DNA of 61,258 bases. Origin: Nanobdellota archaeon (GTDB lineage Archaea > Nanobdellota > Nanobdellia > Woesearchaeales > GW2011-AR9). Made by a program: the position numbers and the translations under genes. This document shows positions 9,843 through 19,561 of the stretch, one piece after another (within the stretch, counting starts at the first letter, position 1; every line of letters begins with the position of its first letter). The notes beneath the pieces were generated by a model, which saw nothing but the letters and a program-made list of their open reading frames with translations, was not told where the DNA came from and ran no database searches. The stretch is from NCBI GenBank assembly GCA_040751885.1, contig JBFMFP010000001.1:1-61258 (forward strand), given 5' to 3'.

Positions 9843-10127
9843 ATGAATGCAGCAAATCAAGGTTATCAACCCCTGGATTATCAACCGGGAGCAGAGATCT
9901 CTTACCAATCTCTTTTACAATCGCCAGGCTTCCCCACTGCGTGTGATGTTACTCAGGCTATTGACAGGCTTTGTTCTCCCTGCGATGGGGAAAGCGACGG
10001 GAGCTTAGACAGAATTCGCGATTTATTACCTTCTCCGGAAGAGATTGCCAGAAAAATAACGCTTATCCAAATAGGGTTTTATCCGTTGGAAAGACTAACC
10101 GGCTGCTATGGGGGAACAGGGACTTGA
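9843..10127 (+). CDS. Hypothetical small protein
   Basis: GGAGGT lies 6 nt upstream of the ATG at 9843. The ORF is GC-richer than its flanks. No motif recognised. Confidence 0.4.
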   Translation: MNAANQGYQPLDYQPGAEISYQSLLQSPGFPTACDVTQAIDRLCSPCDGESDGSLDRIRDLLPSPEEIARKITLIQIGFYPLERLTGCYGGTGT

Positions 10128-10435
10128 TTTTTTTGTTTTTTTTATATTTTGAAATTTATAATAAAATTACTTCGCTGTGTTTAAGAATATCCAACATCTT
10201 TTCGAATTTTACCTCATCTTGAGAACCAGAAGTACTTGATTATAAGACTGTTTTTTTAAAAACCTAATAAACAACAATAAAGAATAGGGTTTTTCTTATT
10301 CATGATAAGCTACAAATCCCTACAAGCATAGGACTTTTGCATAATCTTCTTTTTTATTATTATTTTTTTTATTTAAATAAAGAAATTATTCCATTCCCAA
10401 AACCTTTATATCTTCTTCACCAATTCTTAAAAGAA

Positions 10436-11245
10436 ATGAATCTTGTAGACGTCCACTGCCACCTGAACCATGAGAAGTTTAAAGACGATTTAGGTGAAGT
10501 TATAAGCAGAGCCAAAAAAGCAGGCGTGAAAGCAATCGTTGTTTCTGGTGTGAATCCGCCGGCAAATAAAGATGTTCTGAGATTAGCAGAGAAAGCTGAA
10601 CAGAAAGACAAAATCATTAAAGTCTCTTTGGGCATTTACCCGATAGATGCTTTGGGCCTTGCAGAGGGAGAAAGCGGATTGCCCCGGCAAACAGTTCCTA
10701 TTGACCTGGAAGAGGAATTTAGGTTTATTGAGAAAAACAAAAATAATATCGTTGCTGTCGGGGAAGCAGGGATGGATTTCTTCTGGGACAAAGAGCATCA
10801 CCAGCAGCAGGAAGAAAATTTCAGGAAGATTATCCGTTTTGTCAGGAAAATAAAAAAGCCGCTAGTCGTCCACTCGCGGAAAGCCGAAGAAAAAAGCATT
10901 GACGTTCTTGAAGAAGAGATTAAAGAAAAAGAAGTCCCGGTAATCATGCATTGTTTTTCCGGGAATAAAAAACTAATTCAAAGAGCTGCCGATTTGGGCT
11001 ATTATTTTTCTGTTCCTCCCAATATTGTCAGGTTGCAGCATTTTCAGATTTTAGTTGATATGGTTCGTTTGGAGCAGTTGCTTACCGAAACTGATGCCCC
11101 CTGGCTGAGCCCCTTTCCCGACAGAAAAAATGAGCCTGCTTATGTCGCAGAGACGATAAAGAAAATTGCAGAGATAAAAAAAATTTCTAAGGAAAAAGCC
11201 GCCGGGCAGATTTGGAAGAATTATGGAAAGGTTTTTGGCGGGTGA
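10436..11245 (+). CDS. TatD-family metal-dependent hydrolase
   Basis: Starts MNLVDVHCHLNH (HxH motif), with GEAGMDF and MHCFSG blocks. The upstream 33 codons of the ORF-track call are AT-rich leader. Confidence 0.85.
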   Translation: MNLVDVHCHLNHEKFKDDLGEVISRAKKAGVKAIVVSGVNPPANKDVLRLAEKAEQKDKIIKVSLGIYPIDALGLAEGESGLPRQTVPIDLEEEFRFIEKNKNNIVAVGEAGMDFFWDKEHHQQQEENFRKIIRFVRKIKKPLVVHSRKAEEKSIDVLEEEIKEKEVPVIMHCFSGNKKLIQRAADLGYYFSVPPNIVRLQHFQILVDMVRLEQLLTETDAPWLSPFPDRKNEPAYVAETIKKIAEIKKISKEKAAGQIWKNYGKVFGG

Positions 11246-11262
11246 AGATAAAACTTTTTTTT

Positions 11263-11320
11263 AAGTCTTTAATTTAATTTAAGTCTTTAATTCAAGCCTT
11301 TAATTTAAGTCCTTAATTTT
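11263..11320. repeat. Four tandem ~14-nt units (aagtctttaattt-like)
   Basis: aagtctttaatttaattt / aagtctttaattc / aagcctttaattt / aagtccttaatttt, directly after the tatD stop. Confidence 0.8.
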
Positions 11321-11414
11321 CTTGTACGTTCTTTTTTTTACTTCCATTTTTGCTTTCAATTAGTGGTAATTCATTTTTACCAAAATCTTTATAAACAAAA
11401 CTGAAAAATAGTTG

Positions 11415-11690
11415 ATGAATATGGAATTTAATGTTATAGAGGAAGACAAGGGCAGGCTTCTCTTTGAGCTTAAAGGGGAAACACATACCCTCTGTAATGC
11501 CTTAAAGCACGAATTGCTGGATATCAAAGGTGTTTCTATTGCCACCTACAGAATAGACCACCCCCTTATTGGTGTCCCACGATTTCTCATAGAAACGAAG
11601 GGCCTAGAGCCGAGAAAAGCGCTTAAGGAAGCGCTCAGGAGCTTAAGAAAGAAAGCACAGGATTTCAGGAAAGAAGTTAGCGGCTTGTAA
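11415..11690 (+). CDS. rpoL: DNA-directed RNA polymerase subunit L (Rpo11)
   Basis: FELKGETHTLCNALKHELL...ATYRIDHPL is characteristic of RpoL/Rpb11. Confidence 0.85.
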   Translation: MNMEFNVIEEDKGRLLFELKGETHTLCNALKHELLDIKGVSIATYRIDHPLIGVPRFLIETKGLEPRKALKEALRSLRKKAQDFRKEVSGL

Positions 11691-11701
11691 GTATTCTTAA
11701 A

Positions 11702-11747
11702 AAATAAAGAAATAAAAAGCAAAGAAATAAAGAAATAAAAAGCAAAG
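11702..11747. repeat. Two exact 23-nt tandem units aaataaagaaataaaaagcaaag
   Basis: Read directly; begins 12 nt after the rpoL stop. Confidence 0.85.
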
Positions 11748-11807
11748 AAACAAAAATAAAAAAAATCAAAAGAGAAATATTTTAAATCCGCCTGTTTCTG
11801 AACACTT

Positions 11808-13208
11808 ATGCTTGACAAAGGAGCCTGTTTGAGATTCTATAAAAGGAAGGACATTCAGGAAGCTATAGTTGCGCATGCCCGGAATAAAGAAGTCGGGACG
11901 CGTTACGGAGATACTTTCGGCAAAAGGCCGGATGCGCTTTCTTATCCTCAGGAGATACTTAATTTGGCCATGCAGGGGGTAACTTCCTTTCACTGCAGCG
12001 AAGAGTTGTGGGAGAATCCTCTTTTTCTGGGCAGCAACTCCAGCAGGAAGGAGCTGGATGAGCTGCGCATCGGCTGGGATTTAGTGCTGGATATAGACTG
12101 CGCGATTGTTGATTACAGCAAAATATGTGCGGATTTGATTATTAAATTCCTGAGATACAATGGTGCTGAAGATATCTCCCTGAAATTTTCCGGGAATAAA
12201 GGGTTTCATATAGGGATTCCTTTTGAGGCTTTTCCAAAGCAGGTAGGCAATTCTCTGACCAAAAATCTCTTCCCGGAAGCGTCTAAGAAAATTGCCCTCT
12301 ACATTAAAGAAAACATTAAAAGGGAGCTGGCCAGAAGGATAATGGAATTTGAAAATAACGATTTTACTGCCGTGAGGCAGAAAGTGGGCTTAGACAAAGG
12401 AGGCATCATTTGCTACGAGAAAAATGAGTTTGGCGACAATGTCCCGCTGCTTGACGTAGAGCCGTTCTTAGGAATAGACACTATTTTGCTTTCTTCCCGC
12501 CATTTGTACAGGATGCCCTATTCTTTGCATGAAAAGTCCGGGCTGGTAAGCCTGCCCATAAGCCCGGATAAAGTCATAGATTTCAGCAAAGAGATGGCTA
12601 AGCCGGAAGTAATATTAACACCTATGTTTGAATTTCTCTGCCGGGAGGTGAGCAGGGAAAGTGCACGAGAACTGCTCATCAAAGCCATGGATTTTGAAGT
12701 TAAAGTAAAAGAGGACAAAGCCCGTGAGGAATTCTCTGAGAAGCATAAGCATAATAAAGACAGAAATTTTGAAGAGTTTAAGATTGAGAGTCCAATCAAA
12801 GAAGAGTTTTTTCCGCCATGCATTAAAACAGTTCTCAAGGGCATGGAGGACGGAAGGAAAAGGTCCGTCTTTGTGCTGATGAATTTTCTGGGCAAGCTCG
12901 GCTGGAGCAGGGAAGAAATTGAAGCTTATTTGCATAAATGGAACAAGGAAAAAAACAGGGAATCCTTGCGGGAAGTTTACATCAAAGGACAGATGAGCAA
13001 TTTTAAAGGTGATAAGTTACCGCCCAACTGCAATAATGAAGCTTATTACAAAGGGCTGAGGATATGCACTCCCGACAGTTTATGTACAAAAATAAAAAAT
13101 CCTGTCAATTATACTCTTTTGAAATGGAAAAGGTGGCTGAGGGAGAAGGAAGAAGGGGAAGGGAAAAAGAAAAAAACTTTAAAGACGTCGGTGAGAGCGT
13201 CTTCCTAA
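11808..13208 (+). CDS. Fused archaeo-eukaryotic primase: PriS catalytic domain plus PriL-like 4-Cys C-terminal domain
   Basis: WDLVLDIDC and SGNKGFHIGIPF are primase catalytic motifs. The C-terminal part has FPPCI plus three further Cys (PPNC, RIC, SLC) with PriL Fe-S-like spacing. Confidence 0.8.
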   Translation: MLDKGACLRFYKRKDIQEAIVAHARNKEVGTRYGDTFGKRPDALSYPQEILNLAMQGVTSFHCSEELWENPLFLGSNSSRKELDELRIGWDLVLDIDCAIVDYSKICADLIIKFLRYNGAEDISLKFSGNKGFHIGIPFEAFPKQVGNSLTKNLFPEASKKIALYIKENIKRELARRIMEFENNDFTAVRQKVGLDKGGIICYEKNEFGDNVPLLDVEPFLGIDTILLSSRHLYRMPYSLHEKSGLVSLPISPDKVIDFSKEMAKPEVILTPMFEFLCREVSRESARELLIKAMDFEVKVKEDKAREEFSEKHKHNKDRNFEEFKIESPIKEEFFPPCIKTVLKGMEDGRKRSVFVLMNFLGKLGWSREEIEAYLHKWNKEKNRESLREVYIKGQMSNFKGDKLPPNCNNEAYYKGLRICTPDSLCTKIKNPVNYTLLKWKRWLREKEEGEGKKKKTLKTSVRASS

Positions 13209-13235
13209 AAGTCTTTATCTTCCTGAAAGTCTTTA
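13200..13235. repeat. Two 18-nt tandem copies of the primase stop-codon context
   Basis: tcttccTAAaagtcttta / tcttccTGAaagtcttta. Both copies carry an in-frame stop. Confidence 0.85.
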
Positions 13236-13555
13236 GTAAGATAGTTAAATAAAGTCAAGAAATCCTGCCATGTAAAATTCACACGTAATCTTTATAAACA
13301 AACCACTTCTCCAAACACAAAAGTCCGAGTTAACGCGTATAGGGCTGAAAATTATAAGAATATGTCTGGTGCAAGTTTAGTGCCTTATTATGCTTATATT
13401 GTTCTTGCCTTTCTTGCGCATATTTCCCGGGAAATAAAAGTAAGCAGAATAAAAGAAAAATAGCTCAAAAACGAGAAAATTGAAAAATAATTTTCTCTAG
13501 CTTAAAAGTATTTCATGCTTTATAAGCAATAAAAAAAATCTATACTCTTAGCATT

Positions 13556-14167
13556 ATGGCAGATAAACAGGCAGAAAACAGGCGGGCGGAAAGAGCAAAC
13601 CCTAATAGAGTAAACCCTAATAAAGCAGAAAAGGCTGAAAAAGCTGAAAAGTTTGATTCTAATTTTAAGCATATCGTCAGGGTTGCCAATGTGGATTTGC
13701 CGGGAGAGAAACAAACGCGTTTTGCCCTGACTAAAATAAAAGGCATTGGCATAAATTTTGCTGATGCTGTCTGCGCAGTCGCAGGTATTGACAGGCAAAC
13801 CAAAGCAGGGTATCTGAGTGATGAAAATATTCAGCAGCTGAATAAAGCGGTGTTGGATCCGGCCGGTAACGGGATTCCTTCCTGGTTTTTTAACCGCAAG
13901 AGGGATTATGAAAGCGGCGAGGACAAGCACCTTCTTACAGGAACATTGACTTTTGTCCGTGAAAATGACTTAAAGCGCTTAAAGAAAATAAAGTCTTTCC
14001 GTGGAGTAAGGCATCAGAAGGGCCTGCCTGTGCGCGGGCAGAGGACAAAATCACACTTCAGGAAAAACAAGGGTAAAGTTGTTGGCGTCGCTAAGAAAAA
14101 AGTGCCTGCTGAAGGCGGTAGCGCAGCTAAAGAAAAGCCAAGTAAAGGCGGTAAAGAGAAGAAGTAG
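13556..14167 (+). CDS. rps13: 30S ribosomal protein uS13 with a repeat-built N-terminal extension
   Basis: HIVRVANVDLPGEKQTRFALTKIKGIG core. The first ~35 aa contain NPNRVNPNK and AEKAEKAEK repeats. Confidence 0.9.
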   Translation: MADKQAENRRAERANPNRVNPNKAEKAEKAEKFDSNFKHIVRVANVDLPGEKQTRFALTKIKGIGINFADAVCAVAGIDRQTKAGYLSDENIQQLNKAVLDPAGNGIPSWFFNRKRDYESGEDKHLLTGTLTFVRENDLKRLKKIKSFRGVRHQKGLPVRGQRTKSHFRKNKGKVVGVAKKKVPAEGGSAAKEKPSKGGKEKK

Positions 14168-14198
14168 AGAGGAATAAAGAGAAAAATAAATAGCTAAA

Positions 14199-14227
14199 GT
14201 TGGTTAATTAAAGGTTGGTTAATTAAA
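14199..14227. repeat. Two tandem copies of gttggttaattaaa abutting the rps4 ATG
   Basis: Read directly. Confidence 0.8.
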
Positions 14228-14917
14228 ATGGGCGATCCTAAAAAATTAAAAAAGAAGTATTTTACACCCATGCATCCATGGAGCAGGAGTGCTATTGAAA
14301 ATGAAAGAGTGATTATGAAAGAATATGGCTTAAAAAACAAAAAAGAAATTCTTATCGCCAGCTCATTTTTGAAAAAGTATAAAAATATCGCCAAAAAACT
14401 TATTGCCACAAAAACAAAGCAGGCTGATGTAGAAAAGAAACAGGTGCTGGCGGCACTGGAAAGCCTGGGCCTTTTGCTGCCAAATTCAGAGCTTGATAAC
14501 ATTCTTAGTCTGGAGTTAAAGGATATCATAGAACGGCGCCTGCAAAGCATCGTTTTCAGAAAAGGTTTTGCAAGGAGCATAAAACAAGCCCGGCAATTCA
14601 TTATCCACCGGCATATTATGCTCGGCGATAAGGAAATCCCTACACCTTCTTACCTTGTCTCGTTAAAAGAAGAGGGTTCGGTCGCCTTTAAAAACAAGTC
14701 ATCCCTGGCCAGCGAAGAGCATCCCGAACGTGTAACTCCCCAAAAAAGTGTCCAAGAAGAGGCAGAAGCAATCAGGGAGTACCAGAAGAAAAGCAAAGCC
14801 GGCCGGGTGAAGGGAAAAGGTAAGCAAAGCGGGCAGGTGGAAGAAGTGCCGCTGGCTGAAGAGGCAGCAGCAGGATTAACTGAAGGAATAGAAAACATCA
14901 ACGAGGCAGAACAATGA
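14228..14917 (+). CDS. rps4: 30S ribosomal protein uS4 with an acidic C-terminal extension
   Basis: [18 protein letters not shown] start and an S4 domain ([27 protein letters not shown]). Confidence 0.9.
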   Translation: MGDPKKLKKKYFTPMHPWSRSAIENERVIMKEYGLKNKKEILIASSFLKKYKNIAKKLIATKTKQADVEKKQVLAALESLGLLLPNSELDNILSLELKDIIERRLQSIVFRKGFARSIKQARQFIIHRHIMLGDKEIPTPSYLVSLKEEGSVAFKNKSSLASEEHPERVTPQKSVQEEAEAIREYQKKSKAGRVKGKGKQSGQVEEVPLAEEAAAGLTEGIENINEAEQ

Positions 14918-15351
14918 GAATAGAAATGGGCAGGGAGAGGTTCGCAAGGGGCCCGCCGGAGCAAAAAATCCGTTGGGGCATTGCGCACATTTATTCTTCA
15001 TATAATAATACTATTATTACTGTAACCGATATAACCGGTACGGAAACGATTGCCCGTTCCAGCGGGGGGCAGATGGTTAAATCCGACAGGTTAGAAAGCT
15101 CCCCGACTGCAGCTATGGGTGCAGCAAAGAAAGTTTCTGAAATCTGCCATGAGAAAGGCATCAATGGCCTCTATATTCACGTTCGGGGCAAGGGTGGTCA
15201 TAACGGTCCTATGAATACCGGCCCGGGCGCTCAGGCAGCTATACGTGCTTTGTCCAGAAGCGGGCTAAGGATAGGTAAGATAGAAGAGGTTACACCGGAG
15301 CCGCACAATGGCTGCAGGGCGAAAGGAGGTCGCAGAGGCAGAAGGGTATAA
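14914..15351 (+). CDS. rps11: 30S ribosomal protein uS11
   Basis: [26 protein letters not shown] overlap with rps4. Confidence 0.9.
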   Translation: MRIEMGRERFARGPPEQKIRWGIAHIYSSYNNTIITVTDITGTETIARSSGGQMVKSDRLESSPTAAMGAAKKVSEICHEKGINGLYIHVRGKGGHNGPMNTGPGAQAAIRALSRSGLRIGKIEEVTPEPHNGCRAKGGRRGRRV

Positions 15352-15387
15352 AGACAGAAAAGTAAAATAAGACTGAAAAGTAAAATC
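15352..15387. repeat. Two 18-nt tandem units directly after the rps11 stop
   Basis: agacagaaaagtaaaata / agactgaaaagtaaaatc. Confidence 0.8.
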
Positions 15388-15402
15388 GGCGGGAGTGTAA
15401 AA

Positions 15403-16179
15403 ATGAAATGCGAAAAAATAAAAGAAGAAAAAAAAACCAAGAAGATGTCCTTTCTGCTTAAGGGCAGCGATGAAGTTTTTGCTAATACCATCCGCAGATT
15501 AATCATTGAAGAAGTTCCCACTCTGGCAATAGAAGAAATAGAAATAAAGGAAAACAGCTCTTCTCTTTATGATGAAATGCTGGCGCTGCGCTTGGGTTTA
15601 ATTCCCATAAAAACCGATCTTAAAAGCTACAGGCTGCCTAAAAACGAAGACGAGGTTAAGGAAAAAAGCGCCCAGTGTACTCTCCAACTCAAGCTGAAAG
15701 CGAGCAAGAAGGGCTACGTTTATGCCGGGGAAGCGGAAAGTTCCGACCCTAAATGCACTTTTGCCTTTGAAAATATGCCTGTAGTTAAACTGCTGGCGAG
15801 ACAAAAAATAGATCTGGTTATGACTGCAGTTCTGGGCCAGGGAAAAGAGCATAGCAAATGGACTCCGGGCCTGGCTTTCTACAAAAAAGAGCCGATAGTT
15901 AAGGTAGGAAAAGTAAAAGATGCGGAAAAGCTTGCTCAAGTATGCACTGACGGCGTGTTTAAAATCAAAGACAGCAGAGTGGAGCTGGTTGATGAAAAAG
16001 TCTATGACAGCAACCTGCTTGAGGTTTATGCAAAGACCGACTCCGGGATTTCGTTGGAATATTCAGACAACATTATTTTCACTTTAGAAAGCTGGGGACA
16101 ATTATCTTGTAAGGAAATCTTGTCTGAATGTGCGGATATTTTGATTGAAAAGACAGAAGAACTGGAAAAATTAATTTGA
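15403..16179 (+). CDS. rpoD: DNA-directed RNA polymerase subunit D (Rpo3)
   Basis: FANTIRRLIIEEVPTLAIEEIEI...LALRLGLIP, and position within the S13-S4-S11-rpoD operon. Confidence 0.85.
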   Translation: MKCEKIKEEKKTKKMSFLLKGSDEVFANTIRRLIIEEVPTLAIEEIEIKENSSSLYDEMLALRLGLIPIKTDLKSYRLPKNEDEVKEKSAQCTLQLKLKASKKGYVYAGEAESSDPKCTFAFENMPVVKLLARQKIDLVMTAVLGQGKEHSKWTPGLAFYKKEPIVKVGKVKDAEKLAQVCTDGVFKIKDSRVELVDEKVYDSNLLEVYAKTDSGISLEYSDNIIFTLESWGQLSCKEILSECADILIEKTEELEKLI

Positions 16180-16193
16180 TGTTGTGATGCTAT

Positions 16194-16553
16194 ATGGTTA
16201 AAAGAACAGGTCCAATGAACTATCAGTTGCAGCAATTACTCGTTCAGCTGGAAGATAAGACAAGGGAAAGCAAGCTCTGGAGAAGGGTTGCAGACGATAT
16301 TAAAAAACCAAGCCGGCAGAGAAGGACTGTTAACGTTTATAAAATTGAGAAATATGCCCGTGAAGGGGAGACTATAGTCGTTCCCGGGAAAGTGTTAAGC
16401 GTCGGTGAATTGACCAAGAAGGTTGACGTTGCGGCAGTAAGCTTTTCCCAGGAAGCACGAAGGAAGATTGAGGATGCCAAGGGAAGGATACTGTCCATCC
16501 AGCAGTTGTTGCATGAAAATCCTGAGGGCAGGAAAGTGAGGATTTTGGGGTAG
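16194..16553 (+). CDS. rpl18e: 50S ribosomal protein eL18 (L18e)
   Basis: PGKVLSVGELTKKVDVAAVSFSQEARRKIEDAKG...NPEGRKVRILG. Confidence 0.8.
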   Translation: MVKRTGPMNYQLQQLLVQLEDKTRESKLWRRVADDIKKPSRQRRTVNVYKIEKYAREGETIVVPGKVLSVGELTKKVDVAAVSFSQEARRKIEDAKGRILSIQQLLHENPEGRKVRILG

Positions 16554-16580
16554 GCGTAATCTCGGATTTGAGGAATTAAG

Positions 16581-17012
16581 ATGAAAATATATAATGGTGA
16601 AGGAATGATTTTAGGAAGGTTGGCAGCCAAAGTAGCCAAAGAAGCTCTGCTTGGTGAGACCGTAGAGGTTGTCAATTGTGAAAAAATTATTATTAGTGGG
16701 AACAAGGTTAATACTTTTGCCCGGGAGAAGGAAAAAATTAGCCGGGGAGGGTATCCTTTAAAAAGCCCTAAATATTCACGCGTTCCTGACAGGTTTGTGC
16801 GCAGGACAATAAGAGGAATGCTTCCCTGGAAGATGGCTAGGGGGAAAGAAGCGTTCAGGCGCGTGATGTGCCACGTGGGAATTCCCGGTGAGTTTAGCGG
16901 AAAGGAATTAATTGCTTTGGAGCAGTTGTTGGCAAAAAAATTGCCTAACTTAAAATATATAACTGTCGGCGAGGTTTGTGATTATCTGAAAGGAAGATGG
17001 CAAAGAAAGTGA
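16581..17012 (+). CDS. rpl13: 50S ribosomal protein uL13
   Basis: ILGRLAAKVAKEALLGETVEVVNCEKIIISG, and operon context. Confidence 0.9.
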   Translation: MKIYNGEGMILGRLAAKVAKEALLGETVEVVNCEKIIISGNKVNTFAREKEKISRGGYPLKSPKYSRVPDRFVRRTIRGMLPWKMARGKEAFRRVMCHVGIPGEFSGKELIALEQLLAKKLPNLKYITVGEVCDYLKGRWQRK

Positions 17013-17395
17013 TTCAGGTGCAAGGGAAGAGAAAGAGGGCTACCGCAAGAGCTATGCTTAGTCCGGGCAGCGGGAAAATTATTATTAACGGCCAGTTTCT
17101 GCATAATTTTGCTGACGAGCTGCAGAGGTTAAGGATAAGCGAGCCGCTGCTGCTGGCGGGAGATATCGCCAAGGGGGTGGATATCACTATAAATGTGGCT
17201 GGCGGGGGAGTTAACGGGCAGTCAGATGCAGCAAGGCTGGCCGTAGCCCGTGCCCTGGTTGAGCACGAGCCGCAGCTGGAGAAAACTTTTGGCGAATACG
17301 ACAGGCTGCTGTTGGTTGCCGACGTGAGAAGGAAAGAAGCACGTAAGCCTAACGACAGCAAGGCAAGGGCAGCACGGCAGAAGTCGTATAGGTAG
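16997..17395 (+). CDS. rps9: 30S ribosomal protein uS9
   Basis: GKRKRATARA...GGGVNGQSDAARLAVARAL...DVRRKEARK...KSYR. Confidence 0.9.
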   Translation: MAKKVIQVQGKRKRATARAMLSPGSGKIIINGQFLHNFADELQRLRISEPLLLAGDIAKGVDITINVAGGGVNGQSDAARLAVARALVEHEPQLEKTFGEYDRLLLVADVRRKEARKPNDSKARAARQKSYR

Positions 17396-17515
17396 AGTTG
17401 TTTTTAGAGTTTCCTGTTCTCTGTTTCCGAGGGTTTATTTTTCTTGATTTCGTTTTGTTTATTATTCTAACAAGCAAAGCTTAATAAATAATTCTTATAA
17501 TCTCCTTTGTCAATC

Positions 17516-17639
17516 GCCCCAGTAGCTCAGTGGCTAGAGCACCTGACTTGTAGGGTGCTTTTATCTGCTATGTTTGCAAAATTTAAAAAAAGCATAGCAA
17601 GATATCAGGAGGTCGTGGGTTCAACTCCCACCTGGGGCT
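17516..17639 (+). tRNA. tRNA-Thr(UGU) with a 51-nt canonical 37/38 intron (17553-17603)
   Basis: GCCCCAG/CTGGGGC acceptor, GCTCAGTGGCTAGAGC D arm, CCTGA-CTTGTA...A-TCAGG anticodon arm, GTGGGTTCAACTCCCAC T arm. The intron contains a gctatg/catagc hairpin. Confidence 0.85.
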
Positions 17640-18064
17640 CTTTCTTTTTTTGGGTAAAATATCGCGTAAATCAACTGCTTAAACGTCAATCCGAAGATAA
17701 TTTTCTCTGGGTATTCCAGTTGCTGCGGGATTTCGTAAGACATGAGAATGAAATAGTTATAAAGAATTGAATACCAAATGATATAAAACAATGAGAATTT
17801 AGTTAATTTATTTCTCTGTAATATATTATTTCTAATTTCATCCCTGTTTTTTTTCTAACCAATCCACAGCGTCATCTAATTCGCCAATTTGGTCAATAAG
17901 TAATAATGTTCTTACTTCTGAGTGGAAATAAACATAAACTTTAAATATAGCAAAGCGCACAAATATTTGAGCATGAACAGTGCGCTTTGCTTATTACGAA
18001 CGAGCATCTATTCGCTCAATTATTTATGCGAGTGAGTATAGTTGGTTGCGAATAACCTAAAAAA

Positions 18065-18954
18065 ATGGTCAATGCCATTACGTTTGAGCAATCGACTTTA
18101 CAATTACTGTTTTCTAGAGAAGAATACAATCAATTTAAAGAAATAATTACAGACTTATGCTTAACTTTTCCAGACATAATAGGTGCTTTTATCACAGGAA
18201 GTTTAACTCAAAAGATAGATCTTCCTGATCCGCCAGCACCAGGTGAAAACTTGGGTAATTTGGCAAAAGCATACGCGAGTATTGTTGGGAGGACGAGAAG
18301 AAAACTATTTCCCATATAGATTCTGATTTAGATTTTTGGATACTTACTGAGGAACAAGAAGGAAATGAAAGAATCCAGAATATCCTTTCTGAAAGAGCTT
18401 TGGAGTTATTACAATGGTATTCATCACAAGATAAAGGTGTTGATTTGGTTGAGTGGATTCATTTAAAGCGTCAGGCTTTCGATGAATTTTATAAAAAGCC
18501 ATTTTTATATTCTAACAGATGGTTAACTACTAGTTCAAATCCAGCACACGCTCTTGGTTTCAAAAAAGCACTCGAAGAGAGAATAGGCGATTCTTTACCA
18601 AAATTAAGAACTAAGATTGATTACTATTTTAGGAAAAGTTTTCCAGGGCAATTCATTGAAGCAAGATCATTTCCTTCCTCTGTATTTAATTTAAAAACTG
18701 AAAGAATACCAGTAATGAACTCGGAAGATAGAACTCCGTTTCCTTTTTATCTAAGAGATTGGGTAGATTTGGAAAGAAATTGTTTAATTTTATACTCTGC
18801 AGGAAACAATCAATCATTAATTTATCCATTCAATCCGAAAGGGATGGTTCCCGGAGAAAAAATTGCAGAGAGCATTAATTGGACACCCCGGCATATAGAC
18901 TTTGTATTATATAAAGAGGGTAAAAAAACAAATGACAACCTCAACCATTTTTAA
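18065..18954 (+). pseudogene. Nucleotidyltransferase-fold gene split by a frameshift near 18296-18320
   Basis: ORF 18065-18319 carries GAFITGSL. The frame feeding ORF 18400-18954 is open from 18259 and reads ...KKTISHIDSDLDFWILTEE. GS...DxD is restored only if the frames are joined at the agaagaaaac run. Confidence 0.5.
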
Positions 18955-19561
18955 TTCAGACACCACCATTATTTTTGAGGGGATAAAAGGGTGTGGTAAA
19001 TCTACACAGGCTAAACTATTAGTAGATTATTTGTCTCGCAGCAGTTCAGTTAGATATTTAGATACGGGAGAGGTATATCCTCTCATAAAACAAATACGGC
19101 CCAAAAATCCGGAAACTGCTTTAGGAATAATACAAGAATCACTTTTTTTCCAGTTTATGAATTGGGTGAGATTTTGTGATCAAGAACATTATGATATTGC
19201 CGTTGTGGATAGATTTCTTTTATCTAATTGTGTTTATACCCTTGAAAAAATGCAGCGATTTGGCATCAAGCACAATCCAGATGCAGTTAGGTCAACAATA
19301 TTAAACCCTTTGGGGTTAGATCCATTACAATATACAATTACATTATATTTAGATTGTCCAGTTGATATTGCTCAAGAACGTACTTTACAGCGTCAAAGGA
19401 ATGCATTTAGTATACCAGAACAGAGCAAGGCCAGAGAACTTTATCAGCAGGAAATTAAACGCTATCCTTATAGTTTGAAAATTACTGGGGGGTCAGCAGA
19501 TCCAAAAGTAGTTCACTCTGAAATTTTGGAGTCATTGGAAGAAGTTCTCACAAATTTATAA
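18932..19561 (+). CDS. Thymidylate-kinase-like P-loop kinase
   Basis: IIFEGIKGCGKSTQAKLL (Tmk-type P-loop) and VVDRFLLSNCVY (DR motif). The ATG at 18932 is preferred over the TTG at 18902. Confidence 0.65.
   Translation: MTTSTIFNSDTTIIFEGIKGCGKSTQAKLLVDYLSRSSSVRYLDTGEVYPLIKQIRPKNPETALGIIQESLFFQFMNWVRFCDQEHYDIAVVDRFLLSNCVYTLEKMQRFGIKHNPDAVRSTILNPLGLDPLQYTITLYLDCPVDIAQERTLQRQRNAFSIPEQSKARELYQQEIKRYPYSLKITGGSADPKVVHSEILESLEEVLTNL

Noticed and set aside
10337-10435. Upstream extension of the TatD ORF
   Set aside because: It is an AT-rich, low-complexity leader (MHNLLFYYYFFYLNKE...). The conserved TatD N-terminus starts at MNLVDVHCH.
17507-17770. 87-aa ORF from the track
   Set aside because: It overlaps tRNA-Thr and its intron on the same strand, and the sequence is fully explained by the tRNA.
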